A DNA stretch of 64,000 nucleotides from an uncultured Acidobacteriota bacterium (GTDB taxonomy: Bacteria; Acidobacteriota; Blastocatellia; RBC074): positions 448,001 to 512,000 of the forward strand of contig CAWCKY010000007.1 of NCBI GenBank assembly GCA_963796275.1. The letters run 5' to 3'. Both the position numbers and the translations under genes were made by a program. Below the pieces are notes generated by a model. That model saw only the letters and a program-made list of their open reading frames with translations, was not told where the DNA came from and did no database searches. The first letter of the stretch is position 1. Each line of letters begins with the position of its first letter. Below are positions 57,970 through 64,000 of this stretch, one piece after another.

Positions 57970-59304
57970 ATGCCACTGCTGTCTCGCTTATCCAGCCTCT
58001 GGCGCAACCTGTTTCGTAGGGCCCGGAAAGAACAAGAGTTGACGGAAGAGATCGACGTCTATCTGGAGATGCTCATCGAGCAGAAGGTTAAGGAGGGGCT
58101 CGCTCCGGAAGAGGCGCGCCGCGAGGCACTGATTGAGCTTGGGGGCAAACAGCAAGTCAAAGAGAAGGTCAGGGATGTGAGAGCGGGACATTTATTGGAA
58201 ACGTTGTGGCAGGATTTGCGCTATGGGCTGCGGATGCTCGGGTTCAATCGAGAAAATGTTCTGCTCATCTCGACTGATCCAGAGATGATCGGGTATCAAA
58301 GTAGGGCGAGACAGATCGTCGATCTTTATCAGCGCATGCTCGAACGGATCAAAGCCATTCCCGGCGTGCGTTCTGTGAGCCTTTCAGGTCAGGGACTGCT
58401 CAGTGGAATTGGGACAAAGTCGATGGGTGGGCTTCAAGTGCAGGGACAGCCACCGCGACGTTTTATTTCGGAACTGTGTGTAGTAGGGCCTGATTATTTT
58501 GAAACTGTGGGGATGACGATTCTGCGTGGGCGTGGTTTTACCGCCCAGGATCACGAGAAGGCACCGCGGGTAGCCGTGGTTAATGAGACTTTCGTCCGTC
58601 AATACTTGGGCGGCGATAACGAACTGGGACAGCGTTTCCGCCTTGGCCCAGATGACAGCGAGATCGAAGTCGTCGGCATCGTCAAAGACGCAAAGTACGA
58701 TAACCTGCGCGAAGAGGCTAGGCACGTCTATTACGTCCCGTATGTTCAGGCATCCCATTTCTGGCGAGCAACCACCTTTCAAATCCGTACCGCGGCTGAT
58801 CCGACCCAGATCATTGCAGCCGCTCGGCAAGCGGCGCGAGAGATTGATGCCAACCTGCCACTCTTCAAAATCAAGACGCTCGCTACACAGGTTGATGAGA
58901 CGCTCGTACAGGAGCGTTTGATCGGCACGGTTTCCAGCTTCTTCGGCCTCCTCTCACTGTTGCTGGCCGCTATCGGTCTGTACGGAATTATGGCTTATTC
59001 AGTCAACCATCGAACGCATGAGATCGGCATCCGCCTGGCGCTCGGCGCGCAGCGAGGGGAAGTCTTGCGAATGGTGTTGAGTCGAGGAATGAAGCTGGTT
59101 TTGATCGGAGTAGTATTCGGTCTCGCCGCGTCGTTCGCGGCTACGCGCCTGGTCGCCAGCTATCTCTTCGGCGTAACGGCCACCGATCCCGCGACCTTTG
59201 TGGGAGTGCCGATACTATTGCTGATAGTGGCGTTGCTGGCCTGTTTCGTGCCGGCGCGGCGCGCGACGCGCGTGGATCCATTGGTGGCGCTCAGGGATGA
59301 GTAG
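57970..59304 (+). CDS. ADOP permease with in-frame deletion of the first MacB/FtsX half
   Basis: QDLRYGLRML joins directly to GFNRENVL (junction ~58240); only one FtsX half; terminal DPLVALRDE. Confidence 0.8.
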   Translation: MPLLSRLSSLWRNLFRRARKEQELTEEIDVYLEMLIEQKVKEGLAPEEARREALIELGGKQQVKEKVRDVRAGHLLETLWQDLRYGLRMLGFNRENVLLISTDPEMIGYQSRARQIVDLYQRMLERIKAIPGVRSVSLSGQGLLSGIGTKSMGGLQVQGQPPRRFISELCVVGPDYFETVGMTILRGRGFTAQDHEKAPRVAVVNETFVRQYLGGDNELGQRFRLGPDDSEIEVVGIVKDAKYDNLREEARHVYYVPYVQASHFWRATTFQIRTAADPTQIIAAARQAAREIDANLPLFKIKTLATQVDETLVQERLIGTVSSFFGLLSLLLAAIGLYGIMAYSVNHRTHEIGIRLALGAQRGEVLRMVLSRGMKLVLIGVVFGLAASFAATRLVASYLFGVTATDPATFVGVPILLLIVALLACFVPARRATRVDPLVALRDE

Positions 59305-59493
59305 GCGCGGCGATGATCACCTCGACCAAGCGATCCCCGGAATCTCCGCAGAGCACGAGAAATGCCCCGCGTCGAGGCAGTTTGATGTACGTTCCTTCGG
59401 CTGTCATGTAGAATGATATTCATTCTCGGAAACTCAGCTTCGATCCCTTTGTTTCTGCGATGAAATTCACATCGGAATAGGAGGGAGGAATCG

Positions 59494-59991
59494 ATGTACA
59501 ACTACAGGGAGGCCAGTCTATTACAGCGCATAGTGCGGCGGACCGCGGGGACCCGTCCATTGGCTTGGCTCTACATTCGAATACAGCAGCGCATTGACCA
59601 ATATGTGTACGGGCTCACAGGAGGGCGGACCACTGCCTCATCGTGGCTGTCAGGGTTGCCGGTGATAATGCTCACCACGATTGGCGCCAAGTCCGGCCAG
59701 CGGCGCACAATTCCCCTCCTGGGACTTCTTGACGGCACGCAACTCGTCGTGATCGCATCAAACTTCGGACAACGACACCACCCGGCCTGGTATCGAAATT
59801 TGCAGGCGCACCCACGTGCCTCGGTCACAATAGATGGCGTGACCCACGAGGTTGAGGCCCACGAGCTCACGGGGGAAGAGCGTGAACGCTATTTCCAGCG
59901 AGCTGTCGATATGTACCCGCCCTTTGTGCATTATCTGCAATGGTCTGGCGGCCGCCGAATCCCGGTGATCGAACTCGAGCCTACGTCATGA
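59494..59991 (+). CDS. Deazaflavin (F420)-dependent nitroreductase/quinone reductase family (Ddn-like)
   Basis: LTTIGAKSGQRRTIPL, IASNFG..HPAWYRNLQAHP, RRIPVIEL. Confidence 0.88.
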   Translation: MYNYREASLLQRIVRRTAGTRPLAWLYIRIQQRIDQYVYGLTGGRTTASSWLSGLPVIMLTTIGAKSGQRRTIPLLGLLDGTQLVVIASNFGQRHHPAWYRNLQAHPRASVTIDGVTHEVEAHELTGEERERYFQRAVDMYPPFVHYLQWSGGRRIPVIELEPTS

Positions 59992-60180
59992 TCAGTTTTA
60001 AGTTCGGGGTCTTTCTGAATACTGCCTGCTTGAACGCAGAATGTATTCACTGTCCGGAGTTATTGAAGACGGATATAATGAATCAAGCCGTTGCGGCAAC
60101 GTAAATCGCGACAAAGTAGGTAATGTAAGAGTAACCCGGAACTGAAGAAGAAACGGAGAAACAGGTTGGTGACGGTAACT

Positions 60181-60810
60181 ATGGGCAATGCACAACCAAA
60201 TCGACTTTATACTCTGGAAGAGTATCTCGAATTCGAAGAGCGCGCCGAAGAGAAGCACGAATACATCGCCGGTAGAATATATCCGCTCGAAACGGCAATG
60301 GCTGGCGGTGAAATGGCGCACGCTCAGTTGACGATCAATCTGGGAGCGCTTATGCATAGCCGGTTGCCAAAAGGATGCATTGGTTTATCTTCCGATATGA
60401 AAATCAGGATCGAGGAAGCAAATATCAATACATATGCAGACCTGACCATCGTTTGTGGCGAGCCCCAATTTGTTCCGCATCCGAAAGGAAAGAAGCTTCT
60501 ACTCCTTAACCCGAAGGTTATCGTTGAGGTTTTGTCTGAATCGACGGAGCCATATGATCGCGGCGAGAAATGGAATTCATACCAATCAATCCCATCACTC
60601 ACCGACTATCTACTTGTCTCCAGTGATCAGCACTTGATCGAGCATTATGGACGTGCTGACGATGGTTGGCTCTATACGCACAGCCTTGGACTCGAAGGCA
60701 AAGTGCAATTCGAGAATCTTGACATCACCCTACTGCTTGCCGAGGTTTACCAGGATGTAGCACTCGCGCCACGCTATGACCGCCGGCGTCTCACTATTAT
60801 CGAATCATGA
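60181..60810 (+). CDS. Uma2-family (DUF820) putative endonuclease
   Basis: TLEEYLEFE..KHEYIAG, AMAGG, YADLTIVCG, IVEVLSEST..DRGEK, IPSLTDYLLV. Confidence 0.9.
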   Translation: MGNAQPNRLYTLEEYLEFEERAEEKHEYIAGRIYPLETAMAGGEMAHAQLTINLGALMHSRLPKGCIGLSSDMKIRIEEANINTYADLTIVCGEPQFVPHPKGKKLLLLNPKVIVEVLSESTEPYDRGEKWNSYQSIPSLTDYLLVSSDQHLIEHYGRADDGWLYTHSLGLEGKVQFENLDITLLLAEVYQDVALAPRYDRRRLTIIES

Positions 60811-60845
60811 ATCAGGTCAGACCCCGAGTTTCATTTCTGTTCCTG

Positions 60846-61121
60846 CTACTCTCTTCCAAAACCCGTAACCATCCGACGTGCTCTCGCTTTGGCAGCCTCT
60901 TCTTCGCGGTTCTTCGGTGGCGCATTCGTCTCGAGCGAGGCCAACAATCTTTGGGAAATCGCTGCGATCTCGTCGACTGCCGCCAGGAATGCTGCTTCAT
61001 TGGTTTTCGATGGCTTGTTGAAGCCGCTCACTTTTCTCACGAATTGTAATGAAGCCGCGCGAATCTCTTCTTCCGTCACGGGCGGTTCGAAGTTGAAGAG
61101 CGTCTTGATATTTCTACACAT
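60846..61121 (-). CDS. DUF2277-family small protein
   Basis: MCRNIKTLFNFEPP..EEIRAASLQFVRKVSGF. Confidence 0.88.
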   Translation of the reverse strand: MCRNIKTLFNFEPPVTEEEIRAASLQFVRKVSGFNKPSKTNEAAFLAAVDEIAAISQRLLASLETNAPPKNREEEAAKARARRMVTGFGRE

Positions 61122-61154
61122 AAGCCATTTTTCGATTTTTCATAACTTTATTCC

Positions 61155-61328
61155 GCCCTTACAACAGGGCTTGACGTCTCACTTGCTGCTACCAGGGGCT
61201 ACGCGCTTAGCGCGCTCCACCCCTGGCTATTTTATTGTGCGCCGTTGGCGCTTAGAAGCACCCTTATCCTTACCTTGGCGCGCATGCGCCACAGTCTTGG
61301 CGCAAATGCGCTACCGCTCGCGGTACTG
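61155..61328. repeat. REP-like palindromes (CCAGGGG...CCCCTGG) plus a family C half arm
   Basis: ccaggggctacgcgcttagcgcgctccacccctgg; cgctaccgctcgcggtactg at 61309-61328. Confidence 0.6.
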
Positions 61329-61380
61329 ATTTTACCATTTCCCATAGCTGCACCTTTGCGTTGTATCTTACCTTTTCTCG

Positions 61381-64000
61381 CTAATAATTCATCCTAAGTG
61401 CGAATTGAACCAGTCTCGGATTATTCGCCTGCGAGCCGACGATGCCGAATTGCGGATTACCCACTGTTTGGCCGGGGAAGTTGAACTGAACCCGGTTGAA
61501 CAGATTAAAGAACTCCGCGCGAAATTGGAGTCCCACCCGCTCGCTGATCTTCGTGTTTTTGAAGAGCGCAAAATCCCAGTTATTCATGCTATGGGCGCGG
61601 AGTTTGGGGTTAACGCGTCCTTCGGTGCCGAAGGTGAAGGCCGGCGGCTGCATAAAGCATGAGGTGTTGAACCAGCGGTTCAGCCTCTCCTGAACCGATC
61701 CCGAGACATCCTGATTGCACCCCGAAACCACGTTCGGCCGCGACCCGCCGCCGAAAGAGTTGGTCAGGTTCGCGGCTGTTCCAAATCGCAGTGGGAAACC
61801 GCTCTGAAATGTGTAAACGCCATTTATACCCCAGCCCGATATCAGTTTTTTTGCGGGTCCGCTCACCTTATTTAGGAACCTCCGCCCATCCCCAAAGGGA
61901 AGATCGAGCACATAACTCACAACCAGCCGGTGCGGCACATCGAAGCTGGCCAGCGATCGTTCGAGGCGCAGGTTGTTGTTATTCTGCACGCCTGCCGGAC
62001 CGGAGGATTCAAGCCAGCCGGTCAGCGTGTCCGTATCGCTGATCAGCTTAGCCATAGTATAGGTCGCCAGGATGCTGCCTCCCGCTCTGAGCCGCCTCTC
62101 GGCTTTCAACTGCAGAGCGTGATAAGTGCTGTTTCGGTTGGACATCGAAGCGATGGATACGCCGGTGTACTGCGGATACAGGCGCAGAAGCTGTCCGCGC
62201 GCTACGGTCCGGGCAGCCAGCGCTCCGTTGGTAATGTAGCCGAAGAACGGGTTGGGAACTTGCTCCTGCAGACTCGCCCCGAGGGAGAGGAGTGCATCGG
62301 GAAGCTGATTGATCTGCTGATTACCCGGAAGATGCGTTCCCTTTGATCCGGCATATGCAGCCTCGAACAGAAACCCATCGCCTAACTCGCGTTGAAGATT
62401 GAGATTCCATTGTTGGTTATAGCCATAAGGCTCGTTAGCGATCGGCGTGTTGCCGATCCCCTGGCCAAGGAGAATCTGCTGGAATGACGGGCTGTTTCCC
62501 GGCGGTTGAAGTACACCGTTAGGAAAAGGGTTATTCAACTGCTCACCCGGCGTTACACTTCCATCGATCGTCGCTACCCACGGGGTGGCAATAGCGTTGA
62601 CGGGGGCGTTGTTGGGAGCAGTCGCGAATACCACGTCGTTGGGTAAATAGAATATCCCGTATCCCCCGCGAATGACGGTCTTGTCCGTGAAGCGATAAGA
62701 GAAGCCCAGACGCGGCGCGAGCAGGTTCCAGAACCGGTCCTGTGAACTGCGAGATGTTCGGTCCGGAGTATTGACCAGACCCAGCTTTCCTTTGAGAGGC
62801 ACACCCGTAGGTCCCGCCAGCGGGCTTTCGGCATCAGGGAGAAAGACGTTCAATCGATCGAACCGCTCAGTCCACGGACCCGGCAACTCCCACCGCAAAC
62901 CGTAATTGAGCGTCAGCTTCTGGTTCACCTGGAAGGTGTCGTTTATGAAATATCCCTGGTAAATCTGCTGCCCGGCCACCAGCGCGGGAGTCAGGATATT
63001 GCCGTCAGTCCCGTAGCCTAGCAGGAACGATGCGAAAGCATTGCCCGTACCGGCCGGGGCGAATGGATTGGCCGAAGTGATGAGGTTGTTGAAATTGAGC
63101 GCGCCGCTCGCATTATTGCTCTGCGCGTAGTTATGGGTCATTGGGCGCACCTCGCCGCCAATTTTCAGCGTGTGACGGCCCGTCATCCTCGTGAGGCTGG
63201 CCGCGAAGGATAAGCTGTCGTTGCGCGCGATGATGGTGCTGCCCGTACCGTTAGAGCAGAAAACGTCGGTGTAGCCCTGCACGCAAGGCGTTGGGATATG
63301 ACGGAATAGCACCTGGTCGTTGAGACTGGCGGGCCATCCGAAATTCGTCAGGTCTATGCCCAAACTCTCCGGTATGCGGTCGTAGACGAACCTCAGATAT
63401 GCGACGCGAAAATCGGCGATGGTGGTAGGACTGAAGGTATACGTGTCGGCGAGCACGAACTGACGCGTGAGGAAAGTCTCGGGCCCGCGGTCGACGTAGG
63501 TCTGCGTCTGATATGGATCGATCGGCAGGCTCAGATTGCTCCAGTGCGTGTAACGGCCGAAGATTCGCTGCTTTTCGCTCAGATTGTAATCGATCCGGGC
63601 ATTGTATTGGTCGTTGTTTCCGCCGATCCTGGCATTGGTCGCGAAATTATTGACATCTGTGAACTGCTGTCCCGGCGTGTTGGGAAGCGCCCAGAGGTTT
63701 CTCAGTATCTTCGCGGTTGCGTCGATACGATTCTCCGGGATTTTGTTCTCCGGGAATTGCTGGCGCGTGATGATCTCTCTGCCTTCCGCACCAAGCGCAC
63801 AGGCCGGATTGCCCAGTCGGCCGCATGTTGTGAGCGGGTCATAGATTGGGATCAGGTTGCCCTGTGCATCGCGCAAGTTCGAGAAGTTGCCGTTGCGAAA
63901 CTCATCGGTCGGCACAGAGGAGAGGAACGACTGGCCCTGACGCTGGCGAAATCCTTCATACGCGAAGAAGAAGAACATCTTGTTGTTCCCGACGAATCCC
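61381..64000 (-). CDS. TonB-dependent receptor, Oar-like, 5' part outside the window
   Basis: FFFFAYEG, NDTFQV...LTLNYGLRWE, terminal PRLVQFALRMNY; frame open to the window end. Confidence 0.92.
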   Translation of the reverse strand, partial: GFVGNNKMFFFFAYEGFRQRQGQSFLSSVPTDEFRNGNFSNLRDAQGNLIPIYDPLTTCGRLGNPACALGAEGREIITRQQFPENKIPENRIDATAKILRNLWALPNTPGQQFTDVNNFATNARIGGNNDQYNARIDYNLSEKQRIFGRYTHWSNLSLPIDPYQTQTYVDRGPETFLTRQFVLADTYTFSPTTIADFRVAYLRFVYDRIPESLGIDLTNFGWPASLNDQVLFRHIPTPCVQGYTDVFCSNGTGSTIIARNDSLSFAASLTRMTGRHTLKIGGEVRPMTHNYAQSNNASGALNFNNLITSANPFAPAGTGNAFASFLLGYGTDGNILTPALVAGQQIYQGYFINDTFQVNQKLTLNYGLRWELPGPWTERFDRLNVFLPDAESPLAGPTGVPLKGKLGLVNTPDRTSRSSQDRFWNLLAPRLGFSYRFTDKTVIRGGYGIFYLPNDVVFATAPNNAPVNAIATPWVATIDGSVTPGEQLNNPFPNGVLQPPGNSPSFQQILLGQGIGNTPIANEPYGYNQQWNLNLQRELGDGFLFEAAYAGSKGTHLPGNQQINQLPDALLSLGASLQEQVPNPFFGYITNGALAARTVARGQLLRLYPQYTGVSIASMSNRNSTYHALQLKAERRLRAGGSILATYTMAKLISDTDTLTGWLESSGPAGVQNNNNLRLERSLASFDVPHRLVVSYVLDLPFGDGRRFLNKVSGPAKKLISGWGINGVYTFQSGFPLRFGTAANLTNSFGGGSRPNVVSGCNQDVSGSVQERLNRWFNTSCFMQPPAFTFGTEGRVNPKLRAHSMNNWDFALFKNTKISERVGLQFRAEFFNLFNRVQFNFPGQTVGNPQFGIVGSQANNPRLVQFALRMNY

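Noticed and set aside
60181-61121. Uma2 + DUF2277 as a toxin-antitoxin or defence pair
   Set aside because: The genes are convergent, both families commonly occur alone, and no methylase or antitoxin features are visible

Overview
A 64 kb, gene-dense, GC-rich bacterial window whose gene content strongly suggests Acidobacteriota, probably Blastocatellia-like (inference). It holds six Oar-like TonB-dependent receptors, three TPR proteins, a CRTAC1/ASPIC-UnbV protein, PadR-ADOP permease modules, Tat-signal sugar oxidoreductases and a dehydratase, a Ser/Thr kinase and Uma2. I found no rRNA, tRNA, CRISPR array or riboswitch. The most structured non-coding region is 24.8-27.1 kb. There an IS4/IS50-group element (25650-27044; 19-bp IRs resembling Tn5 ends; 10-bp TSD) and two tandem copies of a related MITE sit at the same position in the palindrome of a GTAG-type REP, and the IS ends rebuild that palindrome on both flanks. 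Other notable items: a G-rich GGGGCAA(A)C microsatellite that lies in-frame in a TPR gene and at the frameshift separating an esterase from its signal peptide; an S41 protease-alpha/beta hydrolase fusion; a TetR-linked beta-propeller/diheme cytochrome c; twin divergent PadR-ADOP units with matching operator-like sites; an ECF sigma remnant; and several palindromic or heptamer repeat families, some read in-frame as protein N-termini. All calls were made by eye from motifs, without database searches. Some single-base frameshifts could be assembly errors.
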